Positions 28,588-38,531 of a stretch of DNA of 45,911 bases are shown here, piece by piece. The translations under genes and the position numbers were made by a program. The stretch comes from a virus (taxonomy: Duplodnaviria; Caudoviricetes), in the IMG/VR virus record IMGVR_UViG_3300037760_000067, positions 1 to 45,911 of that record; one strand, given 5' to 3'. The notes under the pieces were generated by a model. It was not told where the DNA came from. It did not search any database and worked only from the letters and a program-made list of their open reading frames with translations. The first letter of the stretch is position 1, and every line of letters starts with the position of its first letter.

Positions 28588-29166
28588 TCAGACCACCCCC
28601 ACGCGCCGGAACGCGTCCAGCTTGCGCGCGGTGCGCTCGGGAATCCCGATCGCCTGCCACTGCGTGTACACGCCGCCGCCCGAGCCTTCGGCCTGCGCCG
28701 TGGGGTTCCGCCGCTGGTGCGCGTCGGCGAGGATGTCGAGCATGGCGCCGCGCAGCACGGGCAGACACGCCAGCTCGAAGTCGTCGCGATGCTCCAGCCC
28801 GACATCGGCCGTGAGCGCGTACGGCGGGGACGGGAAGGTGTAGCCCTCGCTCGCGCGCACGATCCCGGTCTCAAGATCGACGGTGTAGGTCGTATCGTCG
28901 ACCGTGGCGGCTTCGGCATCGGCGATCACAACCGAGCCTGACGCGACTGGCGTGACGGGGATCTGCAACGTGGTGCGCACGCCATAGGCGCGCACGGTGT
29001 CGCCGTGGTCGGTGACGGTGATGGCACGGTTCCAGATCGGGCGCCGGAGATAGGCGACGATCTCGGCTTCCGCGGACTCGATGAGCACGTCGAGCAGCTC
29101 GTCCTGCACCGTGTTCTCGATGCGGAGATAGGCTTTGACGGTATCGAGTGTGACGAGATCACTCAT
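28588..29166 (-). CDS. Head-tail connector (gp6-like)
   Basis: LVTLDTVKAYLRI..DELLDVLIESA..LDAFR. Confidence 0.85.
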   Translation of the reverse strand: MSDLVTLDTVKAYLRIENTVQDELLDVLIESAEAEIVAYLRRPIWNRAITVTDHGDTVRAYGVRTTLQIPVTPVASGSVVIADAEAATVDDTTYTVDLETGIVRASEGYTFPSPPYALTADVGLEHRDDFELACLPVLRGAMLDILADAHQRRNPTAQAEGSGGGVYTQWQAIGIPERTARKLDAFRRVGVV

Positions 29167-29803
29167 CGTCAGGCCACTCCCACGGATGTGGCATATGCCG
29201 AGCAGCCAGCGCCACAAAGCGGCCAAACTCATCACGGGTCTCTGGCCGGGGTTGTACTGCCAGGCCCGCATCAAGTAGCCTCGTCGTCATCGTCGGGGCG
29301 TAGGGAGCGATCTGCCAATCGTCCAGCAGCATCAGCCCGTCAGCCTCGGCAAGCCACCCGACAAGTTTGTCCGCGAGTGCGCGGCGGAAGGGCGTGTTGT
29401 CGATGTCAACGGTGATGAAGTCGTACCGCTCCTTCGCCAGTTCCGATGCTTCGAACGTGCCGTGCATGAAGCAGTCGGCATCGGAGAGCCCATCGCGGCG
29501 CAGTTCCAGAATCGTCCTGAGCAGCCAGCCGTGCGAGGTGTCCGTGGTGACCACGTGCATACCTGGGATCTCGCGCGCGAGTTCGCGCAACACGATGCTC
29601 GTCAAGCCGGAACCGAGATCGAGCACGCGTTGCGGGCGAGTCGCGCGCACAATCTCCCCGATAAGCTGTACGGCGGGCCAGCCCAGCGACGTGACCTTGC
29701 GACGGTAGCGCCATGCCTTGTCCGCGTCCTGCGTCGGCGGGGCACCGAGCGCGAAGAAACGGTCGTAGACCTCGCGCAGATCGACTTCGCGATGCGTCGT
29801 CAT
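29159..29803 (-). CDS. Class I SAM-dependent methyltransferase
   Basis: VLDLGSGLTS, YDFITVD, GLMLLDD motifs. Confidence 0.8.
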   Translation of the reverse strand: MTTHREVDLREVYDRFFALGAPPTQDADKAWRYRRKVTSLGWPAVQLIGEIVRATRPQRVLDLGSGLTSIVLRELAREIPGMHVVTTDTSHGWLLRTILELRRDGLSDADCFMHGTFEASELAKERYDFITVDIDNTPFRRALADKLVGWLAEADGLMLLDDWQIAPYAPTMTTRLLDAGLAVQPRPETRDEFGRFVALAARHMPHPWEWPDDE

Positions 29804-31788
29804 GCGGTCCGCTGCTCCGGTTCGGGGGTTGGCTGGCGTTCCACGGGTTGCGGCTGCTGGCGTTTCGGCTTCCGCCGCTTCGGTGTCTCCGGCTTGGGCG
29901 GCGTGTGCGTCTCCGGCTTCGGTGCGTCGGTCCGCATCGCCTGGCGCCAGCCGAAGGCATGGTCGAGCAGGTCGAGATAGCGCAGCGCGACGGCGGCCTC
30001 GTCGTGGTACGTGGTGACGTAGTCGAGCACGTGCTCCGCTGCCCGCTCGTACATCACGGGCCGTGTGGCCAATATTTCGATGGCTTCGGCGAGTGCGTCC
30101 TCGTCGTTCGCGTACGTGTAGGGCACATCGCCGAGCAATTCCTCGTACTGCCGCATGACAAACGGATCGCCCGCAATCACCGGCATCCCCATCGCTGCCG
30201 CTTCCAGACCCGAGCACTGGATGCCTAACTCGAACGAGTCGAAGCACGCGTCGCACGTCGCTTTGAGCGCGAGCCCCTCGCCGTGCCGCACGCCTTCGAT
30301 GAGCACCGCCTCGACGGGGATGCCTTTCGCGCGCACCCGTTCCACGGCTGAAAGAAACGCCTCCGTTCCTTTCCGCTGGCGCTTCGACGGACTGTGCGCG
30401 ATGCGGAACGTCGCCGGGAACGTCTCGCCTCGGCGGGCAGCTCGGAGGCGCTGGTAACGGGCAACCGGGACCGGATTGGGTAGCCAGTGAAGGTCCGTGC
30501 CGTACCGAAGCAGCTCCAAGTTGCTCACCAGCTTCAACCCCGCACCGTTCGCGACATCCCACGCGTTACCCGACTGCGCGTCGCGGCGGTACATCGTGCC
30601 GTGGTGGTGGATCACCACGCGGCGCCCGGCCAGCGCTACGCCTAACTTGCCGGGCACCGAGTAGCCGAGGTTGCAGTGGATCACATCCGCGCGCTCCAGC
30701 GCCCATTTTATCGTCGGCTCGTCCCGCTCCACCGAGAACTGCACCGGCCCGTGGTACGGGTTCTTTGGTGCGCCCGGGTCAGGCGCCGCGAACAGCGACG
30801 CGTGCGGTGTCGTCGTGTTGAGCGCCGTATGCAGCCGGAAGCCCACCATCCCCGCGTCGTAGACCCCGACCTGCAGGATGCGGAGCGATTCCCTGGACCC
30901 GATCGCGGCGTCGCTCTTGGCCCCGCCTACGCTCACCGTCTGCCGTTCCTGCGCGACCTGCACCTGCAGATGCTGCCGTTTGGCGGCGGCACGCTGCGGC
31001 GTGTGGCCTAACCCGCGCGCGTTGAACATCGAGACGCGCGCCAGCCGGTGCTCGAAGCCCGCGCCGCCGTACTGGTGCGTCGCGAGCAACCGATCACCGA
31101 CGTACAGCCAGTGATGTCGGCCATCGTAGCGAAGCCCTGGCTGCGCACGCACGAGCCGCGGCTGGCCGTAGCTCCGCTGGTAGAGCGGGGACTCCATGCG
31201 CACCCACGCGACATCGCCGTAGGGCGTGCTCTTGAGATTCTCGGCGCCCGTCACGAACTCGTCGGCGTCGACGATGAACAGCAGGTCGCCGGGCGTGGCG
31301 CGCTCGAGATACGCGTTCCGCTTGTCCAACTGGCCCGGCCATGCCGTCCCGCGCGTCACCAGCTCCACGCTGGGGAGATCGGCGAGCAATTCCGGCAACC
31401 CGTCCGTCGACACCGGCTCACGCGCGCCAGCAGCCACGTACGGCCCGTCGACCACAATCACGTGATCGACATGCGGCAGCCACGTCGGCATCGTCTGCGC
31501 GAGTGCCGCGTGGTCGTTCCAGATGTTCACGCACGCCACTACGCGCGGCCACGCGGGGTCCGTGATCGGCTCGTCCCGGAGCTCGCGCCCCGTGAACTCA
31601 TGCCAGTCCGGCTCATCGTCCACGCGTTTCGCGAGCTTGCACTTGAGCAAGTGCTTCGCCGTGTCCGGGGAGACCATGTAGCGGTCCCCGGTGCGGCGCG
31701 ACTTGCTTTCAGCGCGGTGCGGAACGAGTGCTTCCAGAAACATGCGTGCAGCAGGTGAAAGGGTGTGGTGGCCGGGACGCCACGTCAC
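29800..31788 (-). CDS. Two-domain glycosyltransferase (GT-A/GT2-like plus GT-B-like)
   Basis: VIVVDG..FIVDADE (DxD); second domain IAHSPS..KGT..GLEAAAMGMPVI. Confidence 0.85.
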   Translation of the reverse strand: MTWRPGHHTLSPAARMFLEALVPHRAESKSRRTGDRYMVSPDTAKHLLKCKLAKRVDDEPDWHEFTGRELRDEPITDPAWPRVVACVNIWNDHAALAQTMPTWLPHVDHVIVVDGPYVAAGAREPVSTDGLPELLADLPSVELVTRGTAWPGQLDKRNAYLERATPGDLLFIVDADEFVTGAENLKSTPYGDVAWVRMESPLYQRSYGQPRLVRAQPGLRYDGRHHWLYVGDRLLATHQYGGAGFEHRLARVSMFNARGLGHTPQRAAAKRQHLQVQVAQERQTVSVGGAKSDAAIGSRESLRILQVGVYDAGMVGFRLHTALNTTTPHASLFAAPDPGAPKNPYHGPVQFSVERDEPTIKWALERADVIHCNLGYSVPGKLGVALAGRRVVIHHHGTMYRRDAQSGNAWDVANGAGLKLVSNLELLRYGTDLHWLPNPVPVARYQRLRAARRGETFPATFRIAHSPSKRQRKGTEAFLSAVERVRAKGIPVEAVLIEGVRHGEGLALKATCDACFDSFELGIQCSGLEAAAMGMPVIAGDPFVMRQYEELLGDVPYTYANDEDALAEAIEILATRPVMYERAAEHVLDYVTTYHDEAAVALRYLDLLDHAFGWRQAMRTDAPKPETHTPPKPETPKRRKPKRQQPQPVERQPTPEPEQRTA

Positions 31789-31812
31789 GTCCCGGCCCCT
31801 GTCATGCCTGAC

Positions 31813-33171
31813 TTAGCTGTCGATCGCGTCGCTCAGCGCCACGAACGGCGAGACCGGGTAATCCTTGTTCCCGACCGTCGCCTTGTAGCTGTAGAAGCCC
31901 AGCGGGATCGGGATGCCGCCCGCGCGCGCGAAGAAGCGATACGCGGTGATGTCGTTCCGGAACTTGTAGTGGATCGAGGACTCCACGGTGAGCGCCTGAC
32001 GCATGGCGACCGCGTAGAACTCGGGGTTGATGAGCGCCAGGTCGCCGACGCCGGAGAGCGGCGGCCCCAGGTGCGTGAACACGATCGGCTTGCCGAGCAG
32101 CATCGGCACGGGCCGGTCGCGCAGGTTGGAAATCCACGTCACCATCGAGGACGCGGCCAACTGCATCCCGAACAGCTTCGGCTTGACCGACGGGTGCGCG
32201 ATCCAGAACGAGCCCGGCCCTTCGACGTGCCGCGCGTCCATCTCGAAGATGTCGTTCACCGTCACCGTGCTCGTGGTCTCGCGCGCCACCGTGTAGAGCG
32301 CGGGGTTGTTCGCGTGCAGTGCCGCCAACGGCTCGCCCGTGCCGTCGCCGTCGAACGTCACGAACCCGTTGATCTCGTTCATGACCTGCCCGCCGACCGC
32401 GCGTTGCAGCGTCGGCGCCAACGAGCCCGTCATGTCGTCGGCGAGCACTTCGTCGCCGATCTCGGAGTACGCCGCCCACTTGTAGACCGTGAGTAACCGC
32501 TGCAGGAACTTTGGCTCACGAATGGGCTTCTCCGCGCCTTCGCCGACGATCGTGATTGCGGCGATGCTCGCCATCGGCCGCGTGTTCGCGTCGTTGGACT
32601 GGTCCAGCATCGGAATGCGGAGCGTGCGACCGCTGACGGCGAACCGCCGCGCGCGCTCCAACAGGCCGGGCTGCGTCAGGTCCGCGACGAAAATGGACTC
32701 CTCCTGCTGCAGTGGGAGCAACCACTCGCCACCTGACGCGTCGCTCTCGTCGCCGATGATGACGCGCTTGTGGAACGCCTGCGCACGGGCATGCGCCTCC
32801 AACTGCCGCGCACTCATCGGCGTGTCCCGGCGGCGCGCCATCGCGAGCAGGTACCCGTTCGGTCCACCAAACGCCTTCCGGATGTCCTGCACGATCTCGT
32901 CGTACGTCGACTCGTCGGCCGCGCCGTCGCCGTTACCGTTGGGGCCGGGCTTCCGGACCAACTCCTCGCCGCCCTGCCGCACGATCTCGGCATCGGCGGT
33001 GAACTCGGCGGCAATGGCCGCGCGCGACTCGAACGCCTTGATCTCGTCGAGCTTGGCGTCGACTTCTTCCCTGGTGAACGATTTGGTCTCGTCCGCCAGT
33101 TCGTCACGCAACGCCTGCGCCTTGGCGCGGAACTCGTTGGCCTGACGATTCTTCGTGACTGTCGGGGGCAT
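31813..33171 (-). CDS. Major capsid protein (HK97 fold) with N-terminal delta/scaffold region
   Basis: GGEWLLP, VGEGAEKP, GDGTGEP, LLGKPIV, FRNDITAYR motifs. Confidence 0.93.
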   Translation of the reverse strand: MPPTVTKNRQANEFRAKAQALRDELADETKSFTREEVDAKLDEIKAFESRAAIAAEFTADAEIVRQGGEELVRKPGPNGNGDGAADESTYDEIVQDIRKAFGGPNGYLLAMARRRDTPMSARQLEAHARAQAFHKRVIIGDESDASGGEWLLPLQQEESIFVADLTQPGLLERARRFAVSGRTLRIPMLDQSNDANTRPMASIAAITIVGEGAEKPIREPKFLQRLLTVYKWAAYSEIGDEVLADDMTGSLAPTLQRAVGGQVMNEINGFVTFDGDGTGEPLAALHANNPALYTVARETTSTVTVNDIFEMDARHVEGPGSFWIAHPSVKPKLFGMQLAASSMVTWISNLRDRPVPMLLGKPIVFTHLGPPLSGVGDLALINPEFYAVAMRQALTVESSIHYKFRNDITAYRFFARAGGIPIPLGFYSYKATVGNKDYPVSPFVALSDAIDS

Positions 33172-33179
33172 CGTGTGCC

Positions 33180-33944
33180 TCACAGATAGGATCGACGGTA
33201 GGCGAGCAGTCGCTCATCCATCGTCGCGGTTGCTGGTGCGCCGCTATCCGTGCGCGAGTGGGCGTCGCTATCCTCAGGCGAGGCGTCGCTATCCTGTGTC
33301 GGCGGTGGCGTTGCTGGCGGTGCGCTGTCGGGATCGACGTCCCGGACCACAGCGCGGAACTTCTCCACCCCTAACGTGGTCAGTGCACCACGAAAGAGGC
33401 TGGTGTACCCGTCGTCGCTCGCGTCCGAGCGTACGCCGGTGACTTGCGCGCCCGGAACCGCAGGACGCGGGGTCAGACTGATTTCCTCGAGCTCGATCTC
33501 GTTGAACTGGTAGACGCGGTCGCCGTCGGCTCGGTCCACCCATTCCGTCTCGCGCGACCAGAACCCGATCGAGAGCCCGGTCTGCGCCGACGCGTCGAGC
33601 ACGGCGGCGATGTACTCTTTCGCCTCGCGACCGTCCTCGGTGTCGAACAACTGCGCGGTCATGACCTCGGCGTCGCCGATCGTCTCCAGCGCGCGCACGA
33701 TGCCGATGTGCGTCGAGACGCCGTACTCATGGTCACGGAACAGCGCGACCTTGCCCGCAGCCAGCTTCTCTCGCTTCGTGCGGTCCAAGCAGCCGGGCTT
33801 GAACATGGTGTCGTAATGATCGGTGACGCCGTAGACCAGGGCGACGCCTTGGACGATGCCGCAGACACCTTTCGGCAGGTCCGTGGCGCGCAGCTCCAGC
33901 TTGGTTACATGGCGGACCTGTCCGCGATCGCGCATCGTCTTCAC
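33180..33944 (-). CDS. HK97-family prohead protease
   Basis: LFRDH, GLSIGF, LEEISLTPRPAVPGA. Confidence 0.9.
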   Translation of the reverse strand: MKTMRDRGQVRHVTKLELRATDLPKGVCGIVQGVALVYGVTDHYDTMFKPGCLDRTKREKLAAGKVALFRDHEYGVSTHIGIVRALETIGDAEVMTAQLFDTEDGREAKEYIAAVLDASAQTGLSIGFWSRETEWVDRADGDRVYQFNEIELEEISLTPRPAVPGAQVTGVRSDASDDGYTSLFRGALTTLGVEKFRAVVRDVDPDSAPPATPPPTQDSDASPEDSDAHSRTDSGAPATATMDERLLAYRRSYL

Positions 33945-34267
33945 GCTGGCGCCTCCTCGTGTACGGTATCGGCGAGGGCGGCGCGTGCGCGCTCTCCGCC
34001 ATCGTCGATCGCCGCCGGGCGAATAGGGTCATACTGCGCTGCAAAGCCTGTCGATGGCGTACGCCAGTTCTCGGCGTTGGCGTAGAACTCCAGCGCCTCA
34101 CGCACCCGCTCGGCATGTTCGGCCGCGCACGCGAAGTGCAGAGCCAATGCGCGCCAGAACTCGAAGGTCTCCGGCCGAGGGCGGTCGTGCACCGCGTAGG
34201 CGCGCTTCCGGAACATTGCAGCGGTGTCTCGCAAGAACTGGCACCACGCTACCCATTGGCCTCTCAT
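33941..34267 (-). CDS. Hypothetical inserted gene
   Basis: MRGQWVAW..ALEFYA..EEAPA; flanked by imperfect direct repeats. Confidence 0.6.
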   Translation of the reverse strand: MRGQWVAWCQFLRDTAAMFRKRAYAVHDRPRPETFEFWRALALHFACAAEHAERVREALEFYANAENWRTPSTGFAAQYDPIRPAAIDDGGERARAALADTVHEEAPA

Positions 34268-36468
34268 GCTGGTGCCTCCTCGTCGTAAAAAAGGCACGCA
34301 CACCTGCACTGAATTACTTCGGCGGCTGGCGCGCCTTCCGCGTGCGGGTGTTGCAGCCCGTTCCCGAACGCGGAACCGATATCGACCCGCTGGCCGTTGA
34401 TCGCGGCGTGCGTGTCCCGAACACGCCCGTCGCCCTGCGTCAGCCACTCTTTCGACCGGAGCACCCTGGACTGCACCGCTGCCTCGAATTCGCCTGCGTT
34501 GAGACTTCCAACGCTCTCGGTACGTGCGATCGTGGTGGCACGTGAGCCCGTGATCTCGCCGAACGTGGTCTCGTCGATCAGGGACGCGATGTCGCGGATG
34601 CCCATGCCCGCAGCGCGGCCTGACTCGACCGCTGCCCGGATCGCCTGACGCGTGGTCTCGGTGACGTTCTTGACCAAGTTTGCGGCGCGGCGTCTGATCA
34701 CGGCCCGCACGCGCGGGTTGGTGAGCGTGAAGTCGACGCCCAGCATGGCCGCGATCTCGCCGCCTGCGATCGCGACTGTTTCCCCGATCAGCGCCAGGTA
34801 CCGCTCCAGCCACGCCTCGTGATAGGCGCCGTCGGGCCGGTAGTTCGCCTCGATCCGGCGCAGCGCTTCCAGCACGAACGGGTCGTCAGGCGATTCGCGG
34901 GTGGTACCGTTCCCGTTCCCGCCGTAGCCCGCGCCGATCAGCGCCCGTGCGCGTCCGGGGGTCATGACCGCGTCGAAGATCGCGGCGACGCCCGCCTTCT
35001 CGTTGGCGAACAGCATCAGCGCCGTGCGCTCGTAGCTCGTTTCGAGCTTGGTGGCGCGGACGTCGAACAGCGACCACAGCGTGTCGCGCTGCGCTTGGGA
35101 GAGCGCCACCCCGCGGCGGATCACGCGTGCGTGCGGGACCGGGCCCGCCCGCTCCGCCGGGGATGACGGTTCGTCGTCAGGTTTGTCGTCGTCCGGCGGC
35201 TCCGGTGGCGCAGTCTGCGTCTCCGTCTTCTGCACCGCCATCGCGACCGGGTACTCCAGCCGGGAGATGCTTCCGACGAGCGTATGCGTCGGGTCCATCT
35301 CTTCGGGCCGGCCCGTCTCGGCGCGGAACTCCTCGCGCGTGATCCCGCCAGCGACCAGATCCTCGCGCGCGCGCTTGTGGTTCGCCTCTTTGTCCTCGGT
35401 CAGCTCCGCGATCTTCATGGGGCTGAACCGGCAGTAGACGAGCCCATATTCCGGCGTGAAGCTCAGATCGACCCCCGCCTCGATCGAGGTCCGGATCGGC
35501 TTGCACGTCTGGTGCTCCAGCCGACGCCGCGCCTCCTCGTACTGCACGCCTGACAGCCCGCCATCGGAGCCCGCAGAGCCTGCGCCGACCATGCGGGGAT
35601 CGACCAAGAACGCGGCGCAGATGTCCTCGCGTGAGATGCGGCGCAGGTCAGGGAACTCAAGCTGCTGGAGGTTGAAGCCGAGCACCTTGATGTCCTTCAC
35701 GCCTTGCATGAACGCCGTACGGCCGCGATGGCCGCGCACAGCGAACTTGTTATGCCACGATTCTTCCGCCTCACGGATCGACTCGGGCGAGTAGTTGTTC
35801 GCCTCGGTGAGCACGGCCAGCCCCGGCGCGCCGCTATTCTTCACCATCTGCCGCACGTACTCGCTCGCTTCGTGGTCGGTCGAGATGTCCAACAGCGCCG
35901 ACGCCGCCCGCGGAAAGCCGAATATCCCGTCTTCGCTCGCGTCCAGGTCGGCCAAGTGGATCATGTCCTCCCACGGCGTCGAGTGCGTGCGCCCGTTGGT
36001 ATCGGTCCAATCGTACTGCAGCACGCGATCGGTGCTGGCGTCGATATGCACGTACTGGATGCGCTCGGGGTGGATCGTCCGGAGCCCGACAGGCCGCGAG
36101 CGTCCCCCGCGCTGGATCTCCGTAAACGCGTTGCCGTAGAGCACGAAGTGCATCGCCCAGCGCGCGCGCAGTCGATAGGCGCTGAGCATCGGCGACGGCT
36201 GCTCCAGCACGTCGAGCGCGGGATGCATGGGCAGCGCTTCCGTCTCGCCGTCCGATTCGAGCTTGTAGATCTCCAGCGGCACGGCCGCGATCTGGTCGGT
36301 GATCACGCGTGCGCACGCGTTGACGATCGGGTGCTTCTCCCAACCCTGGAGCCGCACCGTGCGGCCGGTGGCTTTGTACTCGGTGGGCTGCGAGCCGTTG
36401 ATGATCGACCAGCCGCCAGGCCGCTGCCAGTCGGCGAGGCGCTGGAGGAACCGGCTGACGGCGCCCAT
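34264..36468 (-). CDS. Portal protein fused to Mu gpF/SPP1 gp7-like minor head domain
   Basis: HK97-type portal motifs (VLYGNAF, ICAAFLVDP, GITREEFR); C-terminal IARTE..KEWLT..RVRDTH..QCRC. Confidence 0.9.
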   Translation of the reverse strand: MGAVSRFLQRLADWQRPGGWSIINGSQPTEYKATGRTVRLQGWEKHPIVNACARVITDQIAAVPLEIYKLESDGETEALPMHPALDVLEQPSPMLSAYRLRARWAMHFVLYGNAFTEIQRGGRSRPVGLRTIHPERIQYVHIDASTDRVLQYDWTDTNGRTHSTPWEDMIHLADLDASEDGIFGFPRAASALLDISTDHEASEYVRQMVKNSGAPGLAVLTEANNYSPESIREAEESWHNKFAVRGHRGRTAFMQGVKDIKVLGFNLQQLEFPDLRRISREDICAAFLVDPRMVGAGSAGSDGGLSGVQYEEARRRLEHQTCKPIRTSIEAGVDLSFTPEYGLVYCRFSPMKIAELTEDKEANHKRAREDLVAGGITREEFRAETGRPEEMDPTHTLVGSISRLEYPVAMAVQKTETQTAPPEPPDDDKPDDEPSSPAERAGPVPHARVIRRGVALSQAQRDTLWSLFDVRATKLETSYERTALMLFANEKAGVAAIFDAVMTPGRARALIGAGYGGNGNGTTRESPDDPFVLEALRRIEANYRPDGAYHEAWLERYLALIGETVAIAGGEIAAMLGVDFTLTNPRVRAVIRRRAANLVKNVTETTRQAIRAAVESGRAAGMGIRDIASLIDETTFGEITGSRATTIARTESVGSLNAGEFEAAVQSRVLRSKEWLTQGDGRVRDTHAAINGQRVDIGSAFGNGLQHPHAEGAPAAEVIQCRCACLFYDEEAPA

Positions 36469-36469
36469 G

Positions 36470-37930
36470 TTAGGCCACCAACAGTTGCGGACGCAACGCT
36501 AGCTCGTTGCACGCGCCCGCGGCTGCGTCGACCTGGTCCTTGAACTTCCCGTGCGGGAACGCCTCGCACTCCTGCAGGAACGGCTTGACCCACGCACCTA
36601 ACGCCCATGTGCCAGACGCGCCCTGCTGTCGGACGATGCGCACGTTGCCCGCCTGCCACTGCGCCGCGAACGGGTCGGCGCGGATCACCTTGTCGCCCGT
36701 GACCCGGTCGACCGAGACCGCGAACCCGGCCAGCAGCTTTACATCGTCCTCGGCCGATTCTTTCCCGCCTGACCCCGGCTCCTGCTCGACCTTGACGCGC
36801 ACGGACTGCCCGTCCGACTCGGCGGTGTTCCGCATCTCGCGTTTCCGCTGGTCCGCGCCCCAGTGGCCGCGCCTAACGTCCGAGATGTAGAACGTGCCAT
36901 CGGCGTACCCCATGCGCACGCCCGCCGTGGCGCAGCCGCCGCCTTCGGTCGCGGCCTTGTCCCAATAGCGGCACCACCGGACGTTGGCGGGCACCGCGTC
37001 CACGTACGTGACCTTGCCGGGCGGGAACATGATGCCGTCGCGCGGGCGCGGCCGCTGCTGGTACTGGGCCGAGAAGTAATACTCGCCCTCCTGCTGCCGG
37101 ATCTTCCGCAGCTCGTGCGCGGGGAGCCGTTCGGGGCAGAGCAGGTCGCCTGCCTGACGCCAGTCCGGCTCGATCGTGCACGTCGACGGGATCTCGTCCC
37201 ACGCGCTCGGGTCGTGTTCCGCGTCCAGCGGCACCACGTGCCAGCGCTCGGGGTTCTCGCCCGCCTCCAGCTCGTACAGGTACGAGACCAGATCAGCGAC
37301 ACCGGGCCAGCGCTGGAGAATGATCACGATCGCGCCGCCGGGCTCGACACGGTTCCGGAACGTGGACGCCCAGAAGTCCTTGTTGCGCTCGGCGATCGTT
37401 TCCGACGCCGCTTCCGCGGAGTTCTTGAGCGGATCGTCGACGAGCATCAGGTGGCCGCCCTTGCCCAGGATCGTGCCGCCGAAGCCAGCGGCCCACATAC
37501 CACCGCCCTGCATCGTCTCCCAGTGGTCGACGGCCGCGACGGACAGCTCCTTGCCTAGCCGCTGGTAGTACTCCCGCGCCTTGCGCGACATGCCGCGTGC
37601 GAGGTTGGCGCCGTAGCTCGTCAGGCCCACCCACTGCTCGGGGTTGCGATAGAGCCAGTAGCCGGGGAACAGGCGGCTAATGGGCTCGGACTTGCCGGTC
37701 CGCGGCGGGGCGAGGAAGATGACGCGGGTGAGTTCACCGTCCGCGACGCGCTGGAGCACGCCAGCGATCTGCTCGGCGTGGCGGTACCAGATATACTCGG
37801 GCTTGACGCGGTCGACGTATTCCCGGAACGAGAGTACCGCGGTTGCGTCCGGTGCGAGGAGGTCATCGACCGCCGCCAACTCGTCAGGCGAGAGGTGGGA
37901 CAGGTCAGGCAGCGCCAGCGTCGCGGTCAA
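36470..37930 (-). CDS. terL: Terminase large subunit
   Basis: Walker A PPRTGKS, Walker B LVDDP, nuclease YWDKA and DQVDA. Confidence 0.93.
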   Translation of the reverse strand: MTATLALPDLSHLSPDELAAVDDLLAPDATAVLSFREYVDRVKPEYIWYRHAEQIAGVLQRVADGELTRVIFLAPPRTGKSEPISRLFPGYWLYRNPEQWVGLTSYGANLARGMSRKAREYYQRLGKELSVAAVDHWETMQGGGMWAAGFGGTILGKGGHLMLVDDPLKNSAEAASETIAERNKDFWASTFRNRVEPGGAIVIILQRWPGVADLVSYLYELEAGENPERWHVVPLDAEHDPSAWDEIPSTCTIEPDWRQAGDLLCPERLPAHELRKIRQQEGEYYFSAQYQQRPRPRDGIMFPPGKVTYVDAVPANVRWCRYWDKAATEGGGCATAGVRMGYADGTFYISDVRRGHWGADQRKREMRNTAESDGQSVRVKVEQEPGSGGKESAEDDVKLLAGFAVSVDRVTGDKVIRADPFAAQWQAGNVRIVRQQGASGTWALGAWVKPFLQECEAFPHGKFKDQVDAAAGACNELALRPQLLVA

Positions 37931-38382
37931 TTCCGCTGCCCGGCCAGGATCGCCGCCAGCCGGTTCCGACGCTCGTCCTCGGTCAGCGGCACCCGCGCGT
38001 CGTAATGGTCGTGCCGGTGCTGGTGGTCGTGCTGCACCGTACCCGCGACCTTGTCGCTGAACATGCCGATCATCTTGCCCAGCAGCTCAACGGCCTTGTT
38101 GACCACGTGCCCGTCCCGGTCGTCTGCGGCGCGCTGGATGTTCTCCCGCAGCCGGTCGATCAGCTCGTCCTGCGTCACCTCGTTGCGCTTCACGATCGCT
38201 GACCGCAGCTCGGCGATCCGGGCCTGGACCCGCGGGTCCTTGAGCAGCACAGGGGCGCGCTGTCGGGAGCCGGCGACAGGGTGACCGCGAGCGCGAGCGT
38301 ACGCGGCCGACGCACCGCCCGTGGGATTGGTGACGTACTCCTGACAAAACCGTTCGCGGAGCGCGGTGAGGTTCTTGGCCAT
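37927..38382 (-). CDS. terS: Terminase small subunit
   Basis: LTALRERFCQEY..ASAAY..LLKDPRVQARI..KAVELLGKMIGMF. Confidence 0.85.
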   Translation of the reverse strand: MAKNLTALRERFCQEYVTNPTGGASAAYARARGHPVAGSRQRAPVLLKDPRVQARIAELRSAIVKRNEVTQDELIDRLRENIQRAADDRDGHVVNKAVELLGKMIGMFSDKVAGTVQHDHQHRHDHYDARVPLTEDERRNRLAAILAGQRN

Positions 38383-38394
38383 GGTCCTGGGATG

Positions 38395-38476
38395 ACAAAA
38401 CGCGGCGGCCACGAATCCCCCCGGGTTGGGGAGATCATGACCGCCACGTTGATGACGGTGTTCTCGGTTGTGTCCT
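38395..38476 (-). promoter_or_regulatory. Structured leader/attenuator upstream of terS, homologous to 17016-17094
   Basis: Long hairpin plus TTTTGT; aligns by eye with the element before the lysis genes. Confidence 0.6.
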
Positions 38477-38531
38477 GCGACAGCTACAACATGCGTTGTC
38501 GGCTCAGATCGCGCAACGGGTCAGGTGCGCC

